The notes below the pieces were generated by a model that was given only the letters and a program-made list of their open reading frames with translations, did no database searches and had not been told where the DNA came from. This document shows, piece after piece, positions 29,708 to 39,821 of a stretch of DNA of 64,000 nt. The translations under genes were made by a program, and so were the position numbers. How positions within the stretch are numbered: the first letter of the stretch is position 1; each line of letters starts with the position of its first letter. Where the stretch lies: assembly GCA_965552055.1 (NCBI GenBank), contig CBEVQO010000003.1, positions 206,381-270,380 of the forward strand, read 5' to 3'. The stretch is from an uncultured bacterium. GTDB taxonomy: Bacteria > Hydrothermota > UBA3073 > NMUJ01 > CBEVQO01.

Positions 29708-30964
29708 ATGGCTATAAGAGAAAAAATAAAAGAAAAGATTTTATTGTTTAGCCTGTGTGGCGAGCAAAAGGTAAGCTCCATGATCGATATCGAGGACCTT
29801 CGTCAGAAGCTTCGCACAAAGGCAAATGTGATAAATGCTACAAAGCCTTCAGAAGCACTGGAGCTCGTAGCAGTTGAACAGCCTCAGCTCCTGATAATGT
29901 TTGTAGACCCCGAAGATGATACAGGTGTAGAATTCCTGAGGAATTTACGCAAAAAAGAAGAAGAGATGAAGGCGATAGTGAAAATCGAGCCCTGCAAAGT
30001 TTTTGTTGCTTACATTAAAGATGGGAAAATTCCTCCTGAATACGAGGAACTCGGAGTAATAAATCACTTCTCGCCACCACTTTCACCACTTCAAATTGAG
30101 CGCGCAGTATCAGATTTTATAACAAGATTGAGAGAAGAAGAAACAAAGAAGACAGTAATGGTGGTAAACGAAAAAGAAGAAGAATTAAATGTTTTGTCGA
30201 TGATTCTGAAGAAAACGGGTCACAAAGTAGTATCGCTCTCGAATCCAAAAGATGCTATCAAAGAAGTGAAGTCAAGAAGAGTTGACGCAGCTATTATTGA
30301 CCTCGATATGACAGAAGATGATGCAGCAGAAGTAATAAGAAGTTTGCATAAGATAAATGATACCTTACCTGTGGTCGTAACAACATCAGAGGAGAGTGCA
30401 AAAAGAATAGTGGAAATACAGGATTTGAACATTTCAACGGACCTTGGAATATACGCTTATTTCGTAAAGCCAATAGACCTCGAAAATCTTAAAAACACAG
30501 TTGATAATATCATCGTTTCTGAGAAAGGAGCAACCAGATATATCGTGAAACCATTGAAACCAAGAGAAGAGAAGGCAAAAGTAGAAGAAGAGATAAAGAT
30601 AATGATAGTAGAAGATTCCGCTGCAATGAGAAAAATAATTGCAAAGTATTTGAATGAATTGGGATATAAGAATATCGTTGAGGCAGCTGATGGTCTTGAG
30701 GCGATAGAAAAAGTTGACCCATCATTTAGTTTGTTAATAGTTGACTGGATTATGCCGGAGATGGATGGTCTTCAGTTTATTAAATTATTGAAGAGGAAAC
30801 CGCATTTACAGCAAATACCTATTTTGATGGTTACGAGTCAGGGAGAAAGGGAAAAAGTAATAGAAGCACTTGAGAGCGGTGTGGATGACTATATAGTTAA
30901 GCCATTTACTGCCGATACATTAAAGAAGAAGGTGGAAAAGATTTTATCAAAAAGGAGAGAATGA
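29708..30964 (+). CDS. multi-receiver (3 x REC) protein with no output domain
   Basis: Degenerate REC1; REC2 IIDLDM..YFVKP; canonical REC3 VEDS..VDWIMPEMDG..VKPF. Confidence 0.8.
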   Translation: MAIREKIKEKILLFSLCGEQKVSSMIDIEDLRQKLRTKANVINATKPSEALELVAVEQPQLLIMFVDPEDDTGVEFLRNLRKKEEEMKAIVKIEPCKVFVAYIKDGKIPPEYEELGVINHFSPPLSPLQIERAVSDFITRLREEETKKTVMVVNEKEEELNVLSMILKKTGHKVVSLSNPKDAIKEVKSRRVDAAIIDLDMTEDDAAEVIRSLHKINDTLPVVVTTSEESAKRIVEIQDLNISTDLGIYAYFVKPIDLENLKNTVDNIIVSEKGATRYIVKPLKPREEKAKVEEEIKIMIVEDSAAMRKIIAKYLNELGYKNIVEAADGLEAIEKVDPSFSLLIVDWIMPEMDGLQFIKLLKRKPHLQQIPILMVTSQGEREKVIEALESGVDDYIVKPFTADTLKKKVEKILSKRRE

Positions 30965-31467
30965 TGGAAGACCTTATGAAAAAATTAATAGAAGCAGTAA
31001 TAGAGGGCATAAAAGATACCTTCAAAATAATGATGTCAACAGAAGTGTCTGCTGAGGAACCTGTTCAGGTTAAGAAAATGGAGGCTCCGAAGGTTGACGA
31101 TCCCATTTTCGTCCGCAAGGGCATTACTGGTGCAATAGGGTTTGTTGGCACGCTCTCCGGCATATTCTCCGTGTATTTCGATGAAGAACTATCGAAAAAA
31201 GTAGCATCTCTTATGCTCGGAGAGGACATAAATGAAATAAACGAAGATGTAAAGAGTGCTGTAGGAGAGATAGCAAATATTGCAATTGGAAGAGCAAAAA
31301 CAATAATGAATGCTTACGGATGTAGAATAGAAATCTCACCACCCACTATAATTCATGGAAAAAGTTATATGATAACACCAAAAGTAGATGAAGATAGGGT
31401 TTTAATCCCATTTAAGTTACCAAATGGTAAGGACACATTTTATGTTGAGGTAGGTATAAAGAGATAA
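30961..31467 (+). CDS. cheX: CheX family phosphatase
   Basis: ITGAIGFVG, AVGEIANIAIG (ExxN), ISPPTII.G. Confidence 0.85.
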   Translation: MMEDLMKKLIEAVIEGIKDTFKIMMSTEVSAEEPVQVKKMEAPKVDDPIFVRKGITGAIGFVGTLSGIFSVYFDEELSKKVASLMLGEDINEINEDVKSAVGEIANIAIGRAKTIMNAYGCRIEISPPTIIHGKSYMITPKVDEDRVLIPFKLPNGKDTFYVEVGIKR

Positions 31468-32067
31468 TCATTTTATTTTGACAATTATCCCTTTAAGTGA
31501 ATGTTCCTCCTTAAAATTTTTAGCGTCCTCATAAGTTTTGAATTTTCCTATTATCACTTTATAAAAATTGGATTTTAATATCCATGCGTCGAAGCCCCTT
31601 TTTCTCAATTTTTTACAAAATTCTTTTGCATAGTTCTCATTGCGAAAAGCTCCCATTTGAATTCCATAAAAATATTGAGTCCGGGCACATAATTTGAAAA
31701 GATTAATTGCCGGTGTATAGCAATTGGTTTCGGGATACTCCTGAAAAAGTTTTTTCACCTTATTTAAAGCAGAATCATACTCTCCTTTGATGAAAAAATA
31801 TTGAGCGATTCTAAAAAGTGCATCATCGGCTACTTCGGAATCAGGGAATTTTTGATAAACTTTCCTGTAAATGCTGAATGCAGAGTCACCGTCCTGCAAT
31901 GTTCTTGCATAAAAATAAAGAGCACGGGGATAAAGTTCATGGGTGCTATCACATCGTGATAAAACTTCTCCGAATTTTTTCAAAGCAATTTCCGTTTTGC
32001 CCTCTTTCAAAGCAATTTTCCCTTCCCTATAGATCGTCCAGATTGAGAATGTAAGAAAGATAATCAC
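31468..32067 (-). CDS. TPR + SPOR domain protein
   Basis: FPDSEVADDALF TPR; IQMGAFRNENYA, YKVIIGKF SPOR. Confidence 0.8.
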   Translation of the reverse strand: MIIFLTFSIWTIYREGKIALKEGKTEIALKKFGEVLSRCDSTHELYPRALYFYARTLQDGDSAFSIYRKVYQKFPDSEVADDALFRIAQYFFIKGEYDSALNKVKKLFQEYPETNCYTPAINLFKLCARTQYFYGIQMGAFRNENYAKEFCKKLRKRGFDAWILKSNFYKVIIGKFKTYEDAKNFKEEHSLKGIIVKIK

Positions 32068-32149
32068 TTTTAATTTAAGCCAAATAGTAGAAATGTCAAA
32101 TAATTTTTAGTTTTGGGTTGACAAACTCCCTATTTGGATATTTATAATT

Positions 32150-32797
32150 GTGATAATAACCGAACGCAAATCTTTTGATGAGATTCTATCGCTTCTTTCA
32201 GGCAAGCATAAGATTTTCCTCTGCGGTTGCGGTGGCTGTGCTACCGTTTGTAAAACAGGAGGAGAAGAGCAGATATGGGAAATGGAAGATTTTTTAACGC
32301 AAAAAGGTAAACAAATTCTTGGTTATATGATAGTGGATATGGTTTGCCATGCTCTTTTAACAAGGAGAGAAATAAGGAAACATGAGGAGATGATAAAGCA
32401 TTCCGATGCTATTTTGTGCCTTGCATGTGGTACAGGTGCTCAGGTTCTTCGTAGCTGTGTTGACAAAGAAGTAATTTGTGGTGTTAATTCAAAATTCGCA
32501 GGAGCAGTTAAGCGTCCAAATGAATTTATAAGATTGTGTTCCTTATGCGGTGATTGTATAATCAACGAAACTGATGCAATTTGTCCTATTGCAAGGTGTC
32601 CCAAAGGAATGTTAAATGGTCCATGCGGCGGAGTAAAAGATGGCAAATGCGAGGTATTTCCCGAACTCGATTGCGTATGGATAGAAATTTATAAGAAATC
32701 ACCAGAGAAATTGAAAGAGATAAAGATGGCAAAAGATTTTTCAAAATCACAGGAGGTGTTCCATGCTCGATATTACTCTTTTGAGAGAAAAACTTGA
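32150..32797 (+). CDS. methylenetetrahydrofolate reductase C-terminal-like (MetV-type) Cys-rich protein
   Basis: GCGGCATVCKTGGE, CSLCGDC, CPIARCPKGMLNGPCGG, CEV...CVW. Confidence 0.85.
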   Translation: MIITERKSFDEILSLLSGKHKIFLCGCGGCATVCKTGGEEQIWEMEDFLTQKGKQILGYMIVDMVCHALLTRREIRKHEEMIKHSDAILCLACGTGAQVLRSCVDKEVICGVNSKFAGAVKRPNEFIRLCSLCGDCIINETDAICPIARCPKGMLNGPCGGVKDGKCEVFPELDCVWIEIYKKSPEKLKEIKMAKDFSKSQEVFHARYYSFERKT

Positions 32798-34028
32798 CTG
32801 GGTAAAAGAGCGCTTAAAAGGTAAAATGCAAGATTTAGAACTGCTCGATGAGTTTCCGAAGATTGATGAAGAATTTAGAAAAATAGTAAAGATAAGAGAC
32901 GATAAAAGAAGCGAACAAAATAAAATAGCAAAGGAAATAGGCAAATTAAAGAGAGAGGGTAAAAATCCGGAAGAGTTGATGTTTAAAGCAAAAAAGTTAT
33001 CCGAAGAAATAAAAGCAATCGAAAAGAGAGTAAAAGAGATAGAAGAGAAAAGGAAAGAATTGCTTTTAAAGATACCGAACATTCCACATGAATCGGTACC
33101 CGATGAGGATAAAATTGTAAAAGAGGGTGGTATTAAGCGAGAGTTTAAGTTTAATCCGATACCTGCACATCAATTGTGTGAGATGCTTGATATTGTGGAT
33201 TTCAAACGGGGTGCAAAGATAGCGGGTACACATTTTCCGTGTTTCAAGGGCGATGGTGCATTACTTGAGCGTGCTCTTATAAATTTTATGCTTGATTTTC
33301 ATCGAAAAAAGGGTTACATTGAAGTTTTACCACCATTTTTATGCAACAGAAAATCTATGTTTTCGACAGGGCATTTACCGAAATTTGAAGAAGATATGTA
33401 TTTGATAGAAGAGGAAGATTTCTTTTTAAATCCTACAGCTGAAGTTCCTCTGATAAATCTGCATAGAGATGAGAAATTGAACGAAGAAGATTTACCTTTA
33501 AAATATGTTGGCTATACTGCGTGTTTCAGGCGTGAAGCAGGTGCTTATGGTGCGGATACTCGTGGCTTACAGCGTGTGCATCAATTTGATAAAGTGGAGT
33601 TGATAAAATTTACAAAACCTGAAGATTCTTTTGAAGAACTCGAAAAAATGTTAGAAGATGCAGAGGAAATCATTAAGCAGTTGGAATTACCTTACAGAAT
33701 AGTATTATTGTCGAAAAGTGAAATGAGTTTTTCATCTGCGAAAACCTACGATATAGAAGTATGGGCACCTGCAACAGGTAAATGGCTGGAAGTTTCATCT
33801 GTCAGTAATTGCACAGATTTTCAATCAAGAAGAGCAAATATAAGGTTGAAGAGAAAAGATGGCAGGTTAGAATATGTTCATACCCTTAATGGCTCTGGTG
33901 TAGCTCTACCCCGCACATTTATCGCAATAGTTGAGAATTTTCAGCAGAGTGATGGAAGTGTTGTTGTGCCCGATGTTTTGAGACCTTATATGGGGGGTAG
34001 GGATAGGGTTGGTGCGGCTCGAACCTAA
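32763..34028 (+). CDS. serS: seryl-tRNA synthetase
   Basis: PTAEVP, CFRREAG, RVHQF.KVE, HTLNGSG. Confidence 0.97.
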   Translation: MLDITLLREKLDWVKERLKGKMQDLELLDEFPKIDEEFRKIVKIRDDKRSEQNKIAKEIGKLKREGKNPEELMFKAKKLSEEIKAIEKRVKEIEEKRKELLLKIPNIPHESVPDEDKIVKEGGIKREFKFNPIPAHQLCEMLDIVDFKRGAKIAGTHFPCFKGDGALLERALINFMLDFHRKKGYIEVLPPFLCNRKSMFSTGHLPKFEEDMYLIEEEDFFLNPTAEVPLINLHRDEKLNEEDLPLKYVGYTACFRREAGAYGADTRGLQRVHQFDKVELIKFTKPEDSFEELEKMLEDAEEIIKQLELPYRIVLLSKSEMSFSSAKTYDIEVWAPATGKWLEVSSVSNCTDFQSRRANIRLKRKDGRLEYVHTLNGSGVALPRTFIAIVENFQQSDGSVVVPDVLRPYMGGRDRVGAART

Positions 34029-34040
34029 AAGGAGGGTGTC

Positions 34041-34493
34041 ATGGCAAGGAGAGAAATTATAAGGTTGGACCCTTTTAGGGAAGTTAGACGGATACGGGAT
34101 GAAATAGATAGATTGTTCTGGGGCTTCTTTGAGAGATGGCCTGAATTTGCAGAAAAAGAAATAGAATTTGCACCCGCAATTGATGTTTCGGAAACAGAGT
34201 CAGAAATACAGATAACAGCAGAAGTACCCGGAATTGACCCAAAAGATATATCAATAAAAGTGCAGGATGATACTTTGGTAATAAGTGGTGAAAAGAAGAA
34301 AGAAAAAGAAGAAAAAGGCAGAAGATATCACAGAGTTGAGCGCTGTTATGGCAAATTTGAAAGAGCAATAAGATTGCCAGCAGAAGTAGAAGCTGACAAA
34401 GCAAAAGCAAATTATAAAAATGGTGTATTAACGATAACAATTCCAAAATCAGAAAAAGTAAAACCAAAGGAAATAAAAGTTGAGATTGAATAA
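34041..34493 (+). CDS. Hsp20/alpha-crystallin small heat-shock protein
   Basis: PAIDV.E, EVPG, ERCYGKFER, A.YKNGVLTI.IPK. Confidence 0.95.
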   Translation: MARREIIRLDPFREVRRIRDEIDRLFWGFFERWPEFAEKEIEFAPAIDVSETESEIQITAEVPGIDPKDISIKVQDDTLVISGEKKKEKEEKGRRYHRVERCYGKFERAIRLPAEVEADKAKANYKNGVLTITIPKSEKVKPKEIKVEIE

Positions 34494-34511
34494 CGATTTA
34501 AATAAATTAAA

Positions 34512-35447
34512 ATGAGTCGCACCGACCCTTCCTACCTCTCCCTATTCGAAGAAGGGAAATTACAGGAAAGAGTAGAAATTCTTCTTGAAAAACTGAAAAA
34601 ATGTGAAATCTGTCCGAGGAAATGCGGTGTGAATAGATTGGAAGGAGAGATAGGCTTTTGTCAAACGGGCAGATACGCTTTTGTAGCGAGCTACGGTCCG
34701 CATTACGGAGAAGAAGCACCACTTGTTGGAAGAAGAGGTTCAGGGACTATTTTCATAAGCTCATGCAATCTAAAATGTGTATTCTGTCAGAATTTTGATA
34801 TTTCACATTATATAACGGGTTTCATGGCAACACCAAAGGAATTAGCAAAGATAATGCTCGAACTGCAATCAATTGGCTGTCATAATATAAACATTGTTAC
34901 GCCTACACATGTGGTGCCACAGATTGTTGAAGCTTTGCCTTATGCAATAAATATGGGATTGAGAATTCCTCTTGTTTATAATACAGGTGGATATGATTCT
35001 GTGGAAATAATAAAGTTGCTCGAAGGTATTTTCGATATTTATATGCCTGATTATAAATTTACAAGAAAAGAATTTGCTCAAAAATATATGAATGCTCCTG
35101 ATTATCCTCAAGTTATAAAAGAAGTGTTAAAGGAGATGCATAGACAGGTTGGCGACCTTGTTATAGAAGATGGTATTGCAGTAAGAGGTTTGCTTGTGAG
35201 ACATTTAGTTATGCCAAATGGCATCGCAGGGACAGAGGAAGTTTGTGAATTCATAGCGAATGAAATATCAAAAAATACTTATCTCAACATAATGGATCAA
35301 TATAGACCTTGTGGATACGCATCGAAATATCCCGAAATTAACAGAAGAATAACGATGGAAGAATTTGAAAAAGCGTTACGGATTGCGAAAGATAAAGGAT
35401 TAAATCGCCTTGATAAATCAGAACCGAGATTCATTTTTTGGATATAA
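34512..35447 (+). CDS. radical SAM protein (PflX-like)
   Basis: CEICPRKCGVNR, CNLKCVFCQN, DIYMPD, VRHLVMP. Confidence 0.88.
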   Translation: MSRTDPSYLSLFEEGKLQERVEILLEKLKKCEICPRKCGVNRLEGEIGFCQTGRYAFVASYGPHYGEEAPLVGRRGSGTIFISSCNLKCVFCQNFDISHYITGFMATPKELAKIMLELQSIGCHNINIVTPTHVVPQIVEALPYAINMGLRIPLVYNTGGYDSVEIIKLLEGIFDIYMPDYKFTRKEFAQKYMNAPDYPQVIKEVLKEMHRQVGDLVIEDGIAVRGLLVRHLVMPNGIAGTEEVCEFIANEISKNTYLNIMDQYRPCGYASKYPEINRRITMEEFEKALRIAKDKGLNRLDKSEPRFIFWI

Positions 35448-35451
35448 AAGC

Positions 35452-35478
35452 TTGACAGATTGAATATTTGATTATTTT
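35452..35478 (+). promoter_or_regulatory. sigma70-type promoter
   Basis: TTGACA-15bp-TATTTT, SD-like AGGGGG before ATG 35497. Confidence 0.5.
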
Positions 35479-35496
35479 TAAATACAAGGGGGTGTT

Positions 35497-36060
35497 ATGT
35501 GGTTGATATTGCTCTTTATTCTTGGTGGTGTCCAGGGCGAATTATCCGGTAAGAAGGTGCTGTTTATCGTAGCGCCAAAGAATTTTCGTGACGAGGAATA
35601 TTTTGAACCCAAAAAGGTGCTGGAAGAAAAAGGTGCTGTCGTGATAACCGCATCATTGAAGAAGAGAGCAAAAGGTATGCTGGGTGCTAAAATCGAAGTC
35701 GATACATTGATTTCACAGGTGAAAGGTGATGCTTTCGATGGAGTCGTATTCGTTGGTGGCACTGGCTGTATAGTATATTTTGATAACGATGATGCTAAAA
35801 GAATAATAGAAGAAGCATATAATGCAAAAAAGATAATAGGAGCGATATGCCTTGCTCCATGTATTCTTGCAAAAGCAGGCATCTTAAAAGGCAAAGAAGC
35901 AACAGGTTATGATTGTAAGCTTTTGAGAAAAATTTTCAAAGAAGAAGGTGTTAAATATACAGGGAAAGAGGTGGAGATAACAGGTTTGATAGTTACGGCT
36001 TATGGACCTGCTGTTGCGAAACAGTTTGGGTTGACTCTATACGCTATGCTTAAACACTGA
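35497..36060 (+). CDS. DJ-1/PfpI family protein with N-terminal signal-like segment
   Basis: FRDEE...P, FVGG.G, GAICLAP, IVTA.GP. Confidence 0.88.
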   Translation: MWLILLFILGGVQGELSGKKVLFIVAPKNFRDEEYFEPKKVLEEKGAVVITASLKKRAKGMLGAKIEVDTLISQVKGDAFDGVVFVGGTGCIVYFDNDDAKRIIEEAYNAKKIIGAICLAPCILAKAGILKGKEATGYDCKLLRKIFKEEGVKYTGKEVEITGLIVTAYGPAVAKQFGLTLYAMLKH

Positions 36061-36495
36061 ATGCGGGTAGTAATACAAAGAGTAAAAGAGGCATACTGTA
36101 AGGCTGAAAATTTTTATTCCAGAATAGGCAAAGGAATATTAATTTTTCTTGGTATAACAAAAGATGATACGGAAAAAGACATAGAATTCCTTGTAAAAAA
36201 ATGTGCAAATTTAAGGATTTTCGAAGATGAACAGGGTAAGATGAATTTGTCTGTAAAAGATGTAGGGGGCGAAGTTCTTATTGTATCTCAATTTACACTT
36301 TATGGAGATTGTAAAAAGGGATTAAGACCTTCATTTGATAAAGCGGCAAAAAGAGAGATAGCAGAACCTCTTTATAACAAGTTTATTGAAGCGATGAGAA
36401 AAGAGTTGCCTGTGAAGACAGGAGTTTTTGGAGCGAAAATGGAAATAGGTCTTGTGAATGACGGACCCGTTACATTTATAATAGATTCGAAATGA
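36061..36495 (+). CDS. dtd: D-aminoacyl-tRNA deacylase
   Basis: [25 protein letters not shown]. Confidence 0.96.
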   Translation: MRVVIQRVKEAYCKAENFYSRIGKGILIFLGITKDDTEKDIEFLVKKCANLRIFEDEQGKMNLSVKDVGGEVLIVSQFTLYGDCKKGLRPSFDKAAKREIAEPLYNKFIEAMRKELPVKTGVFGAKMEIGLVNDGPVTFIIDSK

Positions 36496-37235
36496 TACAA
36501 AGTATGACAGGATACGGAGAAGCACGGGAAAGTGGTATCAGTTGTGAAATTAAATCACTAAATCATAAGGGTTTTGTCACAAATTTTATAATGCCAGAGT
36601 ATTTGCAGTCTCTTGAAGTTGAATTAAGAAATCTTTTGCATTCTCGCTTAAAAAGAGGAGCAATTTCCTATAGATTAATTGTAGAGGTGTCGCCAAAGTT
36701 TGAAATCGACTGGCATAGTGCAGAAGAACTGATAAAATTAATTTTTAAACTTGAAAAAACTTTTGGATTGGCAGGGAGGCTACCACCAAATTTCTTTTAT
36801 CAAAATGTGATAAGGACAAAATATGAATTTAACGAAGAGATAAAGAAAAAAATTATAGAACTCACAGAAAAAGCAATCGAAAAATTGATAGAAATGAGAA
36901 AAAGGGAAGGTCAAAGGATAGAGAAAGAACTGGAGAAAGAGCTAAAAAAACTCGAAGGATATTTAAAAGAGATAGAAGAGAAAGGAGGTGAATTGCGTAA
37001 CAAAATTGACTTTTCTGAGGAATGCAGTAGACTGCGGTTTCATATCTCGGGCTTCAGAGAGCTTATGAAGCGTGAAGAGCCGTGCGGACATGCTCTAAAT
37101 TTCCTTTTGCAGGAGATGCTAAGGGAAGCCAATACGATAGCGGCAAAAGGACAGGATGCAGAAATTTCCAAAAATATAGTGATGATAAAAGAAAAAATAA
37201 TGCAGTTAAAAGAACATGTTGAAAATGTCCTATAA
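36492..37235 (+). CDS. yicC: YicC/YloC family endoribonuclease (short form)
   Basis: [26 protein letters not shown]; precedes gmk. Confidence 0.85.
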   Translation: MIQSMTGYGEARESGISCEIKSLNHKGFVTNFIMPEYLQSLEVELRNLLHSRLKRGAISYRLIVEVSPKFEIDWHSAEELIKLIFKLEKTFGLAGRLPPNFFYQNVIRTKYEFNEEIKKKIIELTEKAIEKLIEMRKREGQRIEKELEKELKKLEGYLKEIEEKGGELRNKIDFSEECSRLRFHISGFRELMKREEPCGHALNFLLQEMLREANTIAAKGQDAEISKNIVMIKEKIMQLKEHVENVL

Positions 37236-37809
37236 ACCTTTTGCAGTGATAATAACAGGACCCTCTGGTAGCGGTAAGACAACCATTTGCAGGAAGTTGC
37301 TTGAAAAATGTAATGACCTGGAATATTCTGTGTCTGTTACAACGAGGAAAAGACGCCCGCAGGAACAAAATGGCAAAGATTATATTTTTGTCGATGAAAA
37401 TACATTTAAAAAATGGGTGGAAGAGGGTAAATTTTTGGAATGGCAACCCGTTTATGGCGATTATTATGGCACTTTGAGGGAAACAGTGGAGAAAATTCTC
37501 CGGAAGGGCAAAAATGTTTTGATGGATCTTGATTTGAAGGGAACAAAAAATGTAAAAAGGATGCGTCCGGATAGTGTAACGATTTTTATAATGCCGCCAT
37601 CAATTGAAGAATTGAAAAACAGGCTAAAAAAGAGAGGGGACGAAAAGGAAGTTATTGAAAAAAGATTAAAGGAAAGTGAAAAAGAAATAAAACAATTTAA
37701 GGATTTTGATTATGTTGTTTTGAATGAAGAAATAGAAGAAACAGTAGAAAATATCTTAAAGATTATAGAAGCAGAGAAGTTAAAATCGGTGAGGTATGAT
37801 GAAGGATAA
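37225..37809 (+). CDS. gmk: guanylate kinase
   Basis: GPSGSGKTT, SVTTR..R, G.DY.F, YYGT. Confidence 0.95.
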   Translation: MSYKPFAVIITGPSGSGKTTICRKLLEKCNDLEYSVSVTTRKRRPQEQNGKDYIFVDENTFKKWVEEGKFLEWQPVYGDYYGTLRETVEKILRKGKNVLMDLDLKGTKNVKRMRPDSVTIFIMPPSIEELKNRLKKRGDEKEVIEKRLKESEKEIKQFKDFDYVVLNEEIEETVENILKIIEAEKLKSVRYDEG

Positions 37810-38032
37810 AGAAAAAATGGAAAAAATAAAAAAAGATGTGTTAAAACAGATGAAAGAAGAGGCAGTAATTCCGATCGAACTGATATGGGAGAAGATGGAC
37901 AATAAATACAGGGCAATTTTAAGAATCTCATCAGAAGCCGAGAGATTAAGGGAAATAGACCCTTCGTCCGATAAGAAACCCATCCTCGATGCGATTGAAA
38001 AATTCATAAAAGGCGAAGAAAAAGAAGAGTGA
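37796..38032 (+). CDS. rpoZ: RNA polymerase omega subunit (divergent)
   Basis: NKY.....S..A..L and KPI..A motifs; gmk-X-coaBC synteny. Confidence 0.7.
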   Translation: MMKDKEKMEKIKKDVLKQMKEEAVIPIELIWEKMDNKYRAILRISSEAERLREIDPSSDKKPILDAIEKFIKGEEKEE

Positions 38033-39168
38033 AGATAATACTCGGGGTAACAGGAGGTATTGCAGCGTATAAAGCAATAGAAGTATTACGAATTCTTACA
38101 AAAAGGGGACACAGGGTAATTTGCTGTCTCACCATGACAGCACAAAGATTAATCGGCGTTGAAACTTTTAAAACATTAAGCAAAAATAAAGTGATTACAG
38201 ATTTATTCTCGGATGACGGAATACCTGAGCATATAAAGCATCAGGATGCGGATGTTGTAGCAATTGTTCCTGCCACTTACAACATTATCGGGAAAGTAGC
38301 AGCAGGAATAGCTGATGACCCTCTGACAACGATTATATCTGCTGCAAAAGGCAAAGTGATATTTTTCCCCGCGATGAATACAGTAATGTGGGAAAATAAA
38401 ATCTTGCAACAAAATATCGAAAAATTGAGGAAACTCGGATATTATGTGATAGAGCCAGAAGAAGGTGAACTTGCAGAAGGTAAGGGCAAAGGCAGATTAC
38501 CATCGCCCGATAAAATAGCAGAAGAAATCGAAAGAATAGGTGAAGGGAAACTTAAAGGCAAAAAAATTCTGGTAACAGCAGGTGCCACAGAAGAATATAT
38601 CGACCCGGTTAGATGTATAACAAACAGGTCATCGGGTAAAATGGGGATTAAAATAGCAGAAGAAGTAAAAAAAGAAGGAGCAGATGTATTGTTGATTTGC
38701 GGAAGAACAGAAATACAGCCACCTTCTCATATCCCACAGATGAAGATAAGGGAAACAAAAGAGATGAAAGAAGAAATATTAAAAAATCTGGAAGATAAAA
38801 ATATCGTGATAATGACAGCAGCAATTTGCGACTTTAAACCCGTTAAAAAAGAAGAAAAGAAAATAAAGAGAAAAGACAGGTTAACCCTTGAATTTGAAAA
38901 AACAGAAGACATTACGATAGAAATAAGGAGAAAGAAAAAAGATGTAAAAATCGTGGGATTTGCACTTGAGAGCGAAAATTTAATAGAAAATGCAAAAAAG
39001 AAATTGAAAGAAAAAGAACTCGATATTATTGTGGCAAATTCAATAGAAACTATGGGAAGCGATTTTATAAGACCTGTAATTATAAAAGGCGATGAGATAA
39101 AAGAATATGATAGGATGAGAAAAGAAGAATTTGCAAAGGAATTGATAAAATGGTTGACATTACTCTAA
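38029..39168 (+). CDS. coaBC: bifunctional phosphopantothenoylcysteine decarboxylase/synthetase
   Basis: GVTGGIAAYK, PAMN, G.GRL, TAGAT.E.IDPVR.ITN.SSGKMG, VGFALE. Confidence 0.95.
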   Translation: MKIILGVTGGIAAYKAIEVLRILTKRGHRVICCLTMTAQRLIGVETFKTLSKNKVITDLFSDDGIPEHIKHQDADVVAIVPATYNIIGKVAAGIADDPLTTIISAAKGKVIFFPAMNTVMWENKILQQNIEKLRKLGYYVIEPEEGELAEGKGKGRLPSPDKIAEEIERIGEGKLKGKKILVTAGATEEYIDPVRCITNRSSGKMGIKIAEEVKKEGADVLLICGRTEIQPPSHIPQMKIRETKEMKEEILKNLEDKNIVIMTAAICDFKPVKKEEKKIKRKDRLTLEFEKTEDITIEIRRKKKDVKIVGFALESENLIENAKKKLKEKELDIIVANSIETMGSDFIRPVIIKGDEIKEYDRMRKEEFAKELIKWLTLL

Positions 39169-39821
39169 ATGAATTAAAAAAATTAATGATGCAGGAGAAA
39201 TTGATTCACAAAAAAATACTGGTAGAAAAAGAAAAAAGAAATAAAGTTGCTTCGGATAAGTCAAAGAGGTTAAAAGAGCTTTACGAAAAGATAAAAGATT
39301 GTAAAAAATGCAGATTGTGGGAGAATCGTATAAATCTTGTTTTTGGAGATGGCTCACCGGACAGTGGTATTGTTTTCATCGGGGAAGCGCCGGGTAAAAG
39401 TGAAAACAGAGAAGGTAGACCATTTGTGGGAGATGCAGGAAGATATCTGAATAAACTACTTGAAGAGATAAATTTGAAAAGGGAAGACATATACATTACG
39501 AATGTTGTGAAATGCTGGCCTCCGGGAGATAGAGACCCTTTGCCCGATGAAATAGAAAAATGCAGACCCTATCTTGAAGAGCAACTGAAAATTATTGAGC
39601 CCAAAATAATAGTTTGCCTCGGTAGATTCGCCGGATGGCAGATGCTTGGTATGAAACTGCCGATGATGAAAATGAGAGGAAGATTACACAATAAAGGAAA
39701 CTATAAAGTGCTCGTAACTTTTCATCCAGCAGCAATTTTATATCACAGAAACTGGGAACCTTACATAAAGGAAGATTTCAGAATTTTAAAAAAGTTTATT
39801 GAAGATGAGAAATTGTTATGA
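39150..39821 (+). CDS. family 4 uracil-DNA glycosylase
   Basis: CKKC, GEAPG..E, PFVG.AG, TNVVKC.PP, TFHPAA. Confidence 0.92.
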   Translation: MVDITLNELKKLMMQEKLIHKKILVEKEKRNKVASDKSKRLKELYEKIKDCKKCRLWENRINLVFGDGSPDSGIVFIGEAPGKSENREGRPFVGDAGRYLNKLLEEINLKREDIYITNVVKCWPPGDRDPLPDEIEKCRPYLEEQLKIIEPKIIVCLGRFAGWQMLGMKLPMMKMRGRLHNKGNYKVLVTFHPAAILYHRNWEPYIKEDFRILKKFIEDEKLL

